A stretch of DNA of 64,000 nt, from contig CAWGPQ010000011.1 in NCBI GenBank assembly GCA_963824495.1, positions 126,654-190,653 on the forward strand, written 5' to 3'. The translations under genes were made by a program, and so were the position numbers. Positions 52,284 to 64,000 of this stretch are shown here, piece after piece (position 1 is the stretch's first letter; the number at the start of each line of letters is the position of its first letter). The notes beneath the pieces are model-generated. The model was not told the DNA's origin. It saw nothing but the letters and a program-made list of their open reading frames with translations, and did not search any database. This DNA is from an uncultured bacterium. Lineage in GTDB: Bacteria > Babelota > Babeliae > Babelales > Babelaceae.

Positions 52284-52335
52284 TGCAACCTCCCGTTTTC
52301 GCCGGTTTAGCCCGGCGACCGGGCAGAAACTGTGA

Positions 52336-52351
52336 TTAAGCTCACATTAAC
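52336..52351. promoter_or_regulatory. CtrA binding box
   Basis: TTAA-GCTCACA-TTAAC, a perfect TTAA-N7-TTAAC; overlapping TTAA-N7-TTAC follows. Confidence 0.75.
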
Positions 52352-52564
52352 CTTCATTTACGCACCGCGCCTCACGCGGGGAAGCGCTCATCACCGAAGC
52401 TTGAACGACCGTGATAACCGGTGAAAAGCGCTCTGTTGTTCCCGTTGCTCGTGCTTGCGGCGGAGCTAAAAGCGAGAGAGCCGCGATCCAACAATCGCGG
52501 CAGCGAATAAGGAAACCGGCGGCTGCATCCGCGCCCAGGAAGAACTCCGGGGGGACGCGCTCAT

Positions 52565-54692
52565 TCAGATACTCGCGACGGTCTTCAGCCGCGCCCGCGG
52601 GTGGATCTCCGATTGCGAAAGCACGCTGGTCTGCGCGCGGAAGCGCTCGACGATGCCGCGCACGAACGGCCGGATGCCGGGCGAGGTCACCAGCACCGGC
52701 GCCTCGCCTTCGCGCGCCGCCTGCTCGAATTTCTCGCGCACCAGCGTGATGAATTCCGGTAGCTTCGACGGCTGCATGGCGAGGCTGCGGTCGTCGCCCT
52801 GGCCGACGATCGATTCGGCGAAGGCCTGCTCCCATTTGGCCGGTCAGCGCGATGATCGGCAGATAGCCGGCGGGGCTGGTGTGCTGGGCGCAGAGCTGGC
52901 GCGCCAGCCGCGCGCGCACATGCTCGGCCAGCATCGCCGGATTGCGCGTGGCCGGCGAGCGCCGTCGGCGATGCCTTCCAGGATGGTGGCGAGATCGCGG
53001 ATCGAGACGCGCTCGGCGAGCAGGATCTGCAGCACGCGCTGGATGCCGGAGACGGTGATCTGCGACGGCACGATGTCCTTGACCAGCTCGCCCTGTTCCT
53101 TCGGCAGCTCCTTGAGCAGCTTCTGCACCTCGCCGTAGGAGAGCAGCTCGGACATGTTGCTCTTGAGCAGTTCGGTCAGGTGCGTGGCGAGCACGGTGGC
53201 GGCGTCGACCACGGTGTAGCCCTTGACCGAGGCTTCTTCCTTGAGCGCGGCGTCGATCCAGGTGGCCGGCAGGCCGAAGGTCGGCTCGGTGGTGTGGGTG
53301 CCGGGCAGCGTCACCTGGCTGCCGGCCGGGTCCATGACCATGTACTGGCCGGGCCAGACCTTGCCGCTGCCGGCTTCCACCTCCTTGATCTTGATGACGT
53401 AGGCGTTGGCGTCGAGCTGCACGTTGTCGAGGATGCGCACCGCCGGCATGACGAAGCCCATCTCGACCGCGAGCGAGCGGCGCAGCGCCTTGATCTGCTC
53501 GGTCAGCCGGTCGGTGCCGTCGGGCGCGTTGACCAGCGGCAGCAGCGCATAGCCGAGCTCGATCTTGAGATCGTCGATCTTGAGCGCGGCCGAGATCGGC
53601 TCTTCGGCCGGCGCCGCCTTGGCGGCGGCTTCGGCCTTCTTCGGCTTCGGCGGCGGCCGCGCTGCTTGGTGCGCTTGTCGATGCACGTAGGCGAGCGCGC
53701 CGGCGCCGCCGCCGAGCGCGAGGAACGGGCAGCATCGGCATGCCGGGCAGCAGCGCCATCACCAGCATCACCGCGGCCGACATGCCGAGCGCCTTCGGAT
53801 AGCCGGAGAGCTGGTTGAGCAGCGCCTTGTCGGCGGCGCCGGCGACGCCGGCCTTGGAGACCAGCAGGCCGGCGGCGGTCGAGACGATCAGCGCCGGCAT
53901 CTGCGTGACCAGGCCGTCGCCGACGGTGAGCAGCGTGTAGGTGTGCGCGGCGTCGGCGAAGCTCAGGCCCTGCTGCGCGATGCCGATGATCATGCCGCCG
54001 ATGACGTTGATGAACACGACCAGCAGGCCGGCGATGGCGTCGCCGCGCACGAATTTGGAGGCGCCGTCCATGGCGCCGAAGAAGCCGCCTTCGTCTTCCA
54101 GCTTCTTGCGGCGCCGGCGCGCCTCCTTCTCGTCGATCAGGCCGGCGGACAGGTCGGCGTCGATCGCCATCTGCTTGCCGGGCATGGCGTCGAGGTGGAA
54201 GCGCGCGGCGACTTCGGCGATGCGGCCCGAGCCCTTGGTGATGACCACGAAATTCACGATCACCAGGATGGTGAAGACGATGATGCCGATGACGAAATTG
54301 CCGCTCATGACGAAATTGCCGAACGCCTGGATGACGTGGCCGGCGGCGTCGGTGCCCTCGTGGCCGTGCGCGAGGATCAGGCGCGTCGAGGCGAGGTTGA
54401 GCGCCAGCCGCAGCATGGTCGCGATCAACAGCACGGTCGGGAACGACGGAGAATTCGAGCGGCGTCTGGATGAACAGCGCCGTCATCAGGATCAGCACCG
54501 AAAAGGATGATCGAGATGGCGAGCGCGAGATCGAGCAGCAGCGGCGGCAGCGGCAGGATCAGCACCACCAGGATCGTCATCATGCCGACGGCGAGCGCGA
54601 TGTCGCTGCGCCGCAGCATGCGTGCCGAGGTCGGCAAGCCGAGAAAACGCCAGCGGCGTGTCGCCGCGCTCGGCCGAAGTTACGTCGGTCAT
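52565..54692 (-). CDS. flhA: Flagellar biosynthesis protein FlhA (multiple indels)
   Basis: [62 protein letters not shown]. Confidence 0.94.
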
Positions 54693-54863
54693 GCCGGTTG
54701 ATCGGCCCCGTCGGTTGCGGTCGCGTGTTTCGAAGCTTTGCGCGGCGGCCGGCGGGCCGCCGGCACGGAAGAGTGGAGCCGCGCTGGCGTCCAAGGCTGC
54801 CCCCGAAGGTGCGGTGGAAACGGCTTACGTTACCTCCCCCGGCAAAATGTGCCGGGTATATGG

Positions 54864-54879
54864 TTACTGGGGGGTTAAC
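54864..54879. promoter_or_regulatory. Near-consensus CtrA box upstream of flhA
   Basis: TTAC-TGGGGGG-TTAAC. Confidence 0.5.
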
Positions 54880-54963
54880 AGCGGACGCTTTGAGGTATTG
54901 AGGGATTGCGTAGGTCATTCTCGCGAAGGGGGTATTGGGGCTATATGGGAATCAGGCTCGCGA

Positions 54964-55670
54964 ATGACAGGCGCGCTCGTCTTTATTCGCCACGCGCCAT
55001 TCGCTATTCGCTATTCGCCTGCTCGTCGCATTCTCTCGGCAGTCCGCGCTTCGCGCAAGAGCGGCCGGCATCGCCTTCGTCGATGCCGCGACCATCGTGC
55101 CCGGTCTCATCGTCGAGATGCGTTACGCCGGTTCGCACAATTTCGTCGGCCGGCCGATCGACGGTTACGAAGCGCCGCACTGTTTGCTGACGCGCGCTGC
55201 CGCCACTGCGCTTGCCGCCGTCGCGGCGGAAATCGAGCCGCGAGGGTCTCGTGCCCAAGGTGTTCGATTGCTACCGGCCGGCGCGAGCGGTGGCGAATTT
55301 CGTGCGCTGGGCGCGCGACCTCGAAGACCAGACGGAAAGCCGAATTTTATCCGAACGTCGACAAGCGCACGCTGTTCCGGGACGGCTACATCGTCGCCCT
55401 CCGGCCATTCGCGCGGCTCGACCGTCGATCTGACGCTGGCGCGAAGCCGACGGCACGCGAACTCGACATGGGCACGCCGTTCGATTTTTTCAGTCCGCGC
55501 TCATGGCCTGCCGACCGCCAACATCGGCGCGCGAAGCGCAAGGCCAACCGCGCGCTGTTCGCAGCCGCCATGCGCCGCCGTGGCTTTCGCCCCTACGAGA
55601 AGGAATGGTGGCATTTCACGCTGTCGCACGAACCGTTCCCGGCACCTATTTCGATTTTCCGGTGCAGTGA
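54964..55670 (+). CDS. D-Ala-D-Ala dipeptidase, M15/VanX-DdpX family (multiple indels)
   Basis: MRYAGSHNFVGRPIDGY, FDCYRP.RAV, SGHSRGSTVDLT, LDMGTPFDFF, EWWHFTL across frames. Confidence 0.85.
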
Positions 55671-56192
55671 GAAATGCGCCCGCCGGTCGCTTCCCGTTCC
55701 GCTGGCGTCTAATCTTTCTGGCAAAACCGGCGCCTCGCGTTCGAGCGTGGCAACCGTCACGGTCGCCAGCGCGCAGAGTTGTTCCTGGCCGCCGTCATCG
55801 ACGCCGTAGAGATGAACCAGCGATACGCTCAGTGTGCGGCCGGCGCGCGCCACCTCGCCCACGGCTTTGAGCCGTGCGGCCTTGGCGGGCGCGAGAAAAT
55901 TGATCTTGTATTCGGCCGTGAGCATCCATTGCCAGCTTTCGATCAGCGTACTCGCCGCACAGGCGCCGGCCGTGTCGGCGATGGTGCCGATCAGCCCGCC
56001 GTGGAAATATCCGTTCTGCTGCGCGAGCTCGGCGCGGAAATCGGCGACGATCACGCAACGTCCGGGCGCGAGCTCCTCGATCCGGGCGTCGACATAACGC
56101 AGAAAGCCCTGGCGGCCGAAGGCGCCTTTGATGCGCTCGACATAATTCGGATCGCGCACCCGAAACGATTTCGCGGTCATGTTTGCGGACAT
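55593..56192 (-). CDS. PaaI-family thioesterase
   Basis: QQNGYFHGGLIGTIADTAG, TAEYKINFLAPA; 3' end uncertain. Confidence 0.85.
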   Translation of the reverse strand: MSANMTAKSFRVRDPNYVERIKGAFGRQGFLRYVDARIEELAPGRCVIVADFRAELAQQNGYFHGGLIGTIADTAGACAASTLIESWQWMLTAEYKINFLAPAKAARLKAVGEVARAGRTLSVSLVHLYGVDDGGQEQLCALATVTVATLEREAPVLPERLDASGTGSDRRAHFSLHRKIEIGAGNGSCDSVKCHHSFS

Positions 56193-56221
56193 GTTGGTGG
56201 ATATGGCGATGAATTGCCGGC

Positions 56222-57701
56222 TTAATCGGCGTAGCCGGGCGGCGGCACGAAGCCGCCGAACTCACGCTCCATCAGCGCGGCAAAAGCGAGCGGCGTGCGG
56301 TCTTCCAGATAAGGACCGACGATCTGCACGCCGACCGGCAGGCCCGCGTCGGTAAGGCCGATCGGCGCCGCCGTGGCCGGAAGTCCGGGCGTGGTCGCGA
56401 TCTCCGGCCAGACCAGTTGGTCGAAGAACGAGAATTGCCTGCCCTCGATCTCGATGTGGCGCTCCGGCACCGGCGCGTGGTCATGCGGGAAAGCGGGCGT
56501 CGGCATCGGCGGGCACAGCACCACGTCGAATTCGCGAAACAAGTCCGCCCATCGCTGTTGCAGCGCGATCCGCGCCATGTCGGCCGCGGCCCAGTCGCGA
56601 TAGCTCAAGACCGCGCCGCGCCAGCGTTCGGCTTGCAGGCTGTCGTCGTCGGGCTTGAGCGCGGCGGCGGTCGTTTGCGCGTGCTGGTAAGTCTCCGCGG
56701 GCCAGCGTTCCGACAACGCCGCCATCAGCAGCCGCATATACAAGCGGGCCGACGCGGCGAGGTCGGGGAGAAGCGGACTGGCATGCGCCACTTTGGCGCC
56801 GGCTTTGACCAGCCGTTGCGCGAGGCGCTCGAGCGCTGAAGCGCACCGCGGCGTCGGTCGGCAGCAGCGGATGCTCGTCGATCACCAGCACGCGGAAATC
56901 CTTGAGCGCGCCATGACGCGCCTTCGGCAACGCCAGCCGATAAGCGATGCCGGCGCGCGCCTCGTCGGGATCGGCGGTGAGGTCGAGCACGAGCTCGAGA
57001 TCGGCGGCGTTGCGCGCCATCGGTCCGACCACGGCGAGATCGCTCACGCGCTGGGTGTGCCGGGCAGCCGGTGCCCGCGCGGCGGGATCAGGTTCAATGT
57101 CGGCTTGTGGGCGTAGACGCCGCAATAATGCGCCGGCACCCGCAGCGAGCCGCCGATATCGGAGCCGAGCGACAGCGGCACGAAGCCGGCGGCGAGCGCG
57201 GCGGACGATCCGCCCGACGAGCCGCCCGGCGAGCGGCCGAGGTCCCACGGATTGTTGGTCGTGCCGTAAATGTCGTTGAAGCTCTGCCAGTCGCCGAGGA
57301 CGTAAGGCACGTTGGTCTTGCCCAGGATCACCGCGCCGGCGGCTCTGACGCGGGCGACCATGAGCGCGTCTTCCTGCGGCACGAAATCTTTCAGCGCCGG
57401 CACGCCCCAGGTAGTCGGCAGGCCTTCGACGTCGAACGATTCCTTGATCACGATCGGAATGCCGAGCAGCGGCCGCGTTTCGCCGCGCGCCGAGTGCCGC
57501 GTCGGCGGCCTTGGCCGCCGCGCGGGCGCGCTCGAAATCGCGCACCACCACGGCATTGATCTTGCCGTCGAGCGCTTCGATGCGCGCGATGGCGTGATCG
57601 GTCAGTTCGAGCGCCGATATCTTCCGGGCCGCGAGCGCCGCGGTCAGTTCCTTGGTCGTAGCGAAGTTCAACGCGTCATCACCATGGCTCTGACCTGTCA
57701 C
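56222..57701 (-). CDS. Amidase signature family protein (indels)
   Basis: [50 protein letters not shown]. Confidence 0.9.
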
Positions 57702-57849
57702 GATTTCACCCTCCGACGTCGCCCAACTCAAACTCCGCCACCCAGCCCCACCATAAGTGGCGCGCGGCGCCCGCGCCAGCCTTTGCGGTGATGGAGGCAA
57801 GCGGTGCCGCAGGCTTCGATGCGGCTTTTAGATCGCCGTCTTTACGGCG

Positions 57850-58251
57850 TCAGCAGTGCGGCCGCGATGGCAAGAAGCAGTGCGGGCGGGCGTGAGCACC
57901 ACCGCCGTGGCGTCGTTCGACAGAAAAACGGTCACCACGATGCCGACGCCGTAGATCAGCAGAAACAGCCGGCGCGCCGAGCCGTCGGCGCGGAAGCCGC
58001 CAGCCAGTCGAACAATCCTTCCCGCGCGCGATTTCGGCGAGCAGCATCATGCCGAACAGGAACAGATAAACGTCGCCGCCCTTGGCGATGCCGGTGAGCG
58101 TATCCGGAATGGAAATCAGCCCGAGCGCCACCAGCAAGGCGGCGCCGGCCACCGCCCAGACGGCCTCGGCGAGATTGAACGGCCGCAGGATCACGCCCGC
58201 CGTCGAGAGGGCGGCGATCAGGTAGATTGCGGCTGCAGCGTGCGACTGCAT
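57850..58251 (-). pseudogene. Truncated ArsB/NhaD-family transporter fragment
   Basis: GVILRPF..EAVWAV.GA, DVYLFL.GMMLLAE.AR.EGLFDW, FLSNDATAVVLTP; ends after ~130 codons. Confidence 0.65.
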
Positions 58252-58336
58252 GAAGGCTCTGGTCACACCGGCGAGCGTCGTGGGAAAGGGCCGCGCAAAC
58301 AAATTCCCTGGATCGACGCACGCCGTTCCGTCGGTC

Positions 58337-60477
58337 TAGGAAGTCCAGTGCTTTGCGCACGGCGCTCCCGAGTTGCTCGCTGGTAATCGGCTTCTGGAGC
58401 AACTCGACGCCGGGGTCGAGGCGGCCCTGATGGACGATGGCGTTCCTCGCATAGCCGGTGGTGAAGAGCACCTTCAGGCCGGGCCGGCGGCGCGTCGCCT
58501 CGTCGGCGAGCTCGCGGCCGTTGAACCCGCCGGGCAGCACCACATCGGTGAAGAGCAGGCGGATCGCGGGCCGGCTCTCCAGCAGCCGCAGCGCGTCGTG
58601 GCCGGCCGTCGCCTCGAGCACGCCATAGCCCAGCCCGCGCAGGATGTCGGCGCTGTAGCTGCGGACATCCTCGTCGTCCTCGACCACCAGGATGGTCTCG
58701 CCGGCGACGCGCGCCGGCAGCGGCCGCACCTCGGCGGTGCCCTCCGCGGCCGGCTCCTGCGCCGACGCAGCCGCGGCAGATAGAGCTTCACCGTCGTGCC
58801 CTCGCCGCGGCTCGCTGTAGATCTTCACATGGCCGCCCGATTGCTTGACGAAGCCGTAGACCATGCTGCAGGCCGAGCCCGGTGCCCTGGCCGACCTCCT
58901 TGGTGGTGAAGAAGGGCTCGAAGGCCCGGTCGGCCACGTCGCGCGGCATGCCGGCGCCGGTGTCGCTGACCGCGATCATGCACGTAGTCGCCGGGCGCGA
59001 CATCGTCGTGCGCGCGCGGCATAGGCCTCGTCGAGATGGCGTTGCGCGGTCTCGATCGGTGAGCCTGCCGCCGCCGGGCATGGCGTCGCGCGCGTTGACG
59101 GCGAGGTTGAGCAGCGCGATCTCGAGCTGGTGCGGATCGGCCACGCGCGCGCCACAGCGCCGCCGCCGAGCACGGTCTCGAGCGATGCCGTCGCCCGAGC
59201 GCTGCGGCGCAGCAGCTCGGACATGCCGGCGACGCAGGCGGTTGACGTCGACGGCTCGCCGGCGCAGCGGCTGGCGGCGGGCGAAGGCGAGCAGGCGCTG
59301 GGTCAGGCTGGCGGCGCGCTCGGCGCTGCGCAGCGCCGCTTCGATCATCCGCGCGCGCCGCCGGGATCGTCGCCCGGCCAGCTGCAGCCTGAGCGCGTCG
59401 AGATTGCCGATGATGACGGTGAGCAGGTTGTTGAAGTCGTGGGCGACGCCGCCGGTAGAGTGGCCGATCGCCTCCATCTTCTGCGATTGGCGCAGCTGCT
59501 CCTCGGCGCCGGCGCGCCGATTGATCTCGTGTAAAGCCGCTGCGTGCGGAGTAACACGGCAAACAAGGTGAAGAACAGGAACAGGGTAACCGGAATGCCG
59601 TAGATCAGGTGTGCTGCTATCCCCGACAGCCACTCGCTCCTGCATCACCGACGGTTGCGAAGCCGGTGGTGACATAAAGCGGCATCGAGTCGAGACGGCG
59701 CACGGCAAAGCGGCGCTCGACATGATCGATCGGCAAGTCGGTGGTGTACAGGCCGCCGGCCGGCGATTGCGCGATGGTTCGCCGAAATGCCGGAATGTTC
59801 GTCCAGGCGGTGCAGTGCCCCCGGCCGGCGCAATGGGATAGCGCGCCAGGAACAGCCCGTCGCTGCGGATCAACGCGAATTGCTGGCCTTCTGCATAGGC
59901 CAATGTCGCGAAGAACTGGAAAAAGTTGCTGGGCAGAACCGAGATTTCCAGCACGCCCATGAACGCGCCGTCATGAACGAGGCGCTGGCTGACCGTGAAA
60001 AACGGTTGCGCGTTGAAGCGCAATTCGTAGACCCGGCCGTAATAGGTTCCGTCGCCGCTGACATGAGCTTCGGAAAAAGTCACGGTCGGTAAAGCTCTGA
60101 TCGGGGGCAGGTGAAACCAATGAAGAAACCAGCGGCCGCCCATCCGTGCCGTAGATCCAGATCGACTGGATGAGCGGGATCTGCGCGTCCAACTTTTGCA
60201 GCAAAGGGTGAAGCCGTTTTTCGTCGCGGCGGATGTCGTCCGCCGACATGCCGACGACCAGATCCTTGACGCTGTTCAACGCCAGGTCGACGAGCTGAAA
60301 GGTCCTTTGCGCCTCCTCCTGCTCGACGTCGAGCGAGCGCGCCAGCCGCTCGTCGGTGAGCGCCTCGAGATTGCGGTAGCTGTTCCACCCGGCGAAAACG
60401 AAGAGCAGAGTGGGGGCAAGCAGCGACGCGGCCATGGCCAGCCGCACCAGCCGAATAGTCAGTGTTCGCGCTTGCAT
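58337..60477 (-). CDS. Hybrid sensor histidine kinase/response regulator with periplasmic Cache-like domain (many indels)
   Basis: [54 protein letters not shown], receiver [15 protein letters not shown]; boundaries approximate. Confidence 0.85.
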
Positions 60478-60692
60478 TCCGCACCAGTCCTCGGCAGCCG
60501 CGTACATTAGTTTGGCATTTTAGCGAGCGCCAGATGCCGAAAAGCCGCGCGTCGCAGGCAAAAAGCGAAGCGAAACCGTGGCCGGAGCGCCGCCTCACGT
60601 CAGTTCGGCGGGGCCCGGCAAACGCCGGCGCCGCATCCGGACCTTGCATTTGCGCGCTCGCATGTGCAACGCAACTCCGGACAGGAGACGGC

Positions 60693-60936
60693 GATGGAAG
60701 AACTCAACGGGCGAATGATTGCGTGTCAGATCCTGATAACCGGACTGATCGCGCGCGTTGCCAACAACTCGAAGGACCCGTTGAGGTTTTTGACCGATTT
60801 CCGCGACGAAATTCACGCGGTCGTCCGGCAAGTGAGAATCGCCGGAGCGCTTGACACCGATCGCGTGCGCTTGATCGCCGAACAAACAGTCGATGAATTG
60901 TTTTCTTTGATGAAGCCGCCAAGCACGGACGAATAG
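60693..60936 (+). CDS. Hypothetical protein
   Basis: AGGAG RBS; MEELNGRMIACQILITGLIARVAN... Confidence 0.6.
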
Positions 60937-61037
60937 CTGGTTTGCACAAACGTATGTCGAGCCGCGGCGCGTTCTCGCCCCGGCGGCGTTTTCGGATCAT
61001 TAGTCAACGCAATTCACCGGCCGCAGGCCGTCGCTTA

Positions 61038-61980
61038 GAGCCGATCCGAAAACTTCTTGAGTTGAATGAATCAGATGTGATTCCTTACCAGGCGCTTGAT
61101 TCTGCTGGGGAGCGCCCGATGTGGAAACCTGAACACCGCCGTGCCGCCGATCGCACCGGCCTTCGTTACCCGAGTGATCTGAGCGATGGCGAATGGCTGA
61201 TTGTCGAGCCGATGATACCGCCGGCCAAACGCGGCGGGCGACGGCGTTCGGTGAATGTGCGCGAGGTGCTGAACGGGATCTTTTACATCCTGTGGACCGG
61301 TTGCCAATGGCAGGCGTTACCTAAGGACCTGCCGCCCAAGAGCACGGTGCATGACTATCTTGAGCTTTGGAACTGGGATGGCACGTTGGAGCGCATCCAT
61401 CACGAACTGTACGTTGCGGTGCGCGAGCAGGAAGGCCGGGAGCCGAGCCCGACAGTAGCCATTATCGACTCGCAGACCGCCAAAGGCTCGCAAAAAGGGG
61501 GTCTTGGCTCGATCCTTCGGGCTACGACGCGGGCAAGAAGGTCAAAGGTCGCAAACGGCACATCCTGGTCGACACGCTGGGCCTCTTGTTGAATGTCGTC
61601 GTTCATCCTGCCGACGTTCAGGATCGTGATGGTGCTTTCCATTTGCTGCGCCGAGCCCGACGACTGTTCCCGTTCATCGAACACATTTTTGCTGATGGCG
61701 GATATGCCGGACGCAAGATGGCACTGACCGTATGGCGAACCGGTGCTTGGAGCCTGCAAATCGTCAGGCGATCGGACGTTGCCGGATTTGAGGTTCTGCC
61801 AAAACGCTGGATCGTCGAGAGGACGTTCGCATGGATCAGCCGCAACCGCCGTTTGGCGCGCGACTTCGAACGCTATGCCACCACCGTCGCTGCGTTCATC
61901 CGCCTCGCCATGATCCGCATCATGCTCAGGCGGCTTGCCGTAAGCCACTCGTCATGAATCCAAACTTCTCGGATCGGCTC
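61038..61980 (+). mobile_element. IS5-family insertion sequence, copy 1 (943 bp)
   Basis: IRs GAGCCGATCCGA / TCGGATCGGCTC; TTA on both sides; YPSDLSD.EW, IIDSQ, DGGY, RWIVERTFAW; two ORFs joined at AAAAAGGGGG. Confidence 0.95.
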
Positions 61981-62115
61981 TTAGCTCAAGTTTTGGAGGC
62001 GATCTAAGTTCTCATTCTCATCTTTGAATTAGATAGGTTCGAAGGAATAATACTGTATTCTGCGTTGTAATTCCAGTATTGCGCGCGTCAAATACTGTAT
62101 ATTGGTTTGATTTAA

Positions 62116-63058
62116 GAGCCGATCCGAAAACTTCTTGAGTTGAATGAATCAGATGTGATTCCTTACCAGGCGCTTGATTCTGCTGGGGAGCGCCCGATGT
62201 GGAAACCTGAACACCGCCGTGCCGCCGATCGCACTGGCCTTCGTTACCCGAGTGATCTGAGCGATGGCGAATGGCTGATTGTCGAGCCGATGATACCGCC
62301 GGCCAAACGCGGCGGGCGGCGGCGTTCGGTGAATGTACGCGAGGTGCTGAACGGGATCTTTTACATCCTGTGGACCGGTTGCCAATGGCAGGCGTTACCC
62401 AAGGATCTGCCGCCCAAGAGCACGGTGCATGACTATCTTGAGCTCTGGAACTGGGATGGCACGTTGGAGCGCATCCATCACGAACTGTACGTTGCGGTGC
62501 GCGAGCAGGAAGGCCGGGAACCGAGCCCGACAGTGGCCATTATCAACTCGCAGACAGCCAAAGGCTCGCAAAAAGGGGGTCTTGGCTCGATCCTTCGGGC
62601 TACGACGCGGGCAAGAAAATCAAGGGTCGCAAACGGCACATCCTGGTCGACACGCTGGGCCTCTTGTTGAATGTCGTCGTTAATCCTGCCGACGTTCAGG
62701 ATCGTGATGGTGCTTTCCATTTGCTGCGCCGAGCCCGACGACTGTTCCCGTTCATCGAACACATTTTTGCTGATGGCGGATATGCCGGACGCAAGATGGC
62801 ACTGACCGTATGGCGCACCGGTGCTTGGAGCCTGCAAATCGTCAAGCGATCGGACGTTGCCGGATTTGAGGTTCTGCCAAAACGCTGGATCGTCGAGAGG
62901 ACGTTCGCATGGATCAGCCGCAACCGCCGTTTGGCGCGCGACTTCGAACGCTATGCCACCACCGTCGCTGCGTTCATCCGCCTCGCCATGATCCGCATCA
63001 TGCTCAGGCGGCTTGCCGCAAGCCACTCGTCATGAATCCAAACTTCTCGGATCGGCTC
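62116..63058 (+). mobile_element. IS5-family insertion sequence, copy 2 (943 bp)
   Basis: Same IRs, flanked by TAA; nearly identical to copy 1. Confidence 0.95.
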
Positions 63059-63061
63059 TAA

Positions 63062-64000
63062 GAGCCGATCCGAAAACTTCTGAGTCGGATGAATCGGATG
63101 TGATTCCTTACCAGGCGCTTGATTCTGCTGGGGAGCGCCCGATGTGGAAACCTGAACACCGCCGTGCCGCCGATCGCACTGGCCTTCGTTACCCGAGTGA
63201 TCTGAGCGATGGCGAATGGCTGATTGTCGAGCCGATGATACCGCCGGCCAAACGCGGCGGGCGGCGGCGTTCGGTGAATGTACGCGAGGTGCTGAACGGG
63301 ATCTTTTACATCCTGTGGACCGGTTGCCAATGGCAGGCGTTACCCAAGGATCTGCCGCCCAAGAGCACGGTGCATGACTATCTTGAGCTCTGGAACTGGG
63401 ATGGCACGTTGGAGCGCATCCATCACGAACTGTACGTTGCGGTGCGCGAGCAGGAAGGCCGGGAACCGAGCCCGACAGTGGCCATTATCAACTCGCAGAC
63501 AGCCAAAGGCTCGCAAAAAGGGGGTCTTGGCTCGATCCTTCGGGCTACGACGCGGGCAAGAAAATCAAGGGTCGCAAACGGCACATCCTGGTCGACACGC
63601 TGGGCCTCTTGTTGAATGTCGTCGTTAATCCTGCCGACGTTCAGGATCGTGATGGTGCTTTCCATTTGCTGCGCCGAGCCCGACGACTGTTCCCGTTCAT
63701 CGAACACATTTTTGCTGATGGCGGATATGCCGGACGCAAGATGGCACTGACCGTTTGGCGCACCGGTGCTTGGAGCCTGCAAATCGTCAAGCGATCGGAC
63801 GTTGCCGGATTTGAGGTTCTGCCAAAACGCTGGATCGTCGAGAGGACGTTCGCATGGATCAGCCGCAACCGCCGTTTGGCGCGCGACTTCGAACGCTATG
63901 CCACCACCGTCGCTGCGTTCATCCGCCTCGCCATGATCCGCATCATGCTCAGGCGGCTTGCCGCAAGCCACTCGTCATGAATCCAAACTTCTCGGATCGG
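63062..64000 (+). mobile_element. IS5-family insertion sequence, copy 3 (right IR cut by window edge)
   Basis: Directly follows copy 2 after TAA; nearly identical to copy 2. Confidence 0.95.

Noticed and set aside
47272..60477. Mass pseudogenisation of flagellar and cell-cycle genes
   Set aside because: Indels hit nearly all genes including ctrA while the amino-acid sequence stays conserved; this fits low-quality consensus better than decay.
47447..60854. Numerous long Arg/Pro/Ala-rich alternative-frame ORFs
   Set aside because: Expected shadow ORFs in high-GC DNA overlapping recognised genes.

Overview
The window joins two unrelated genomes at about 47195. Bases 1 to ~47195 are AT-rich and resemble Candidatus Dependentiae/Babeliae (TM6, intracellular in protists); this assignment is inferred from composition and gene content. 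This part carries pepA (partial), ftsW, murD, a ProX/YbaK editor, ileS, several ankyrin genes and remnants, PfpI, a J-like protein, pilin-like genes, RecT/Bet, a ~2000-aa secreted protein, a GH104 lysozyme, a TrxR-Trx fusion, an FtsH-like ATPase, rpiB, LolC/E, dnaA, pssA, psd and two tRNA-Arg. Bases ~47195 to 64000 are GC-rich Hyphomicrobiales-type alphaproteobacterial DNA with many indels: ctrA, fliI, fliJ, an ECF sigma/anti-sigma pair, flhA, a D-Ala-D-Ala dipeptidase, PaaI, an amidase, a hybrid kinase and three IS5 copies. The best candidate for an undescribed system is 1126-4833. There, four tandem paralogous secreted peptides (two absent from the ORF track) share the core (W/F)QLPxG(T/V/I)G, and three end in KDEL/KEEL. 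They lie divergently from a multi-pass membrane sensor fused to a degenerate sigma54-activator-like AAA domain and a C-terminal HTH, suggesting a peptide-signal/membrane-receptor module.
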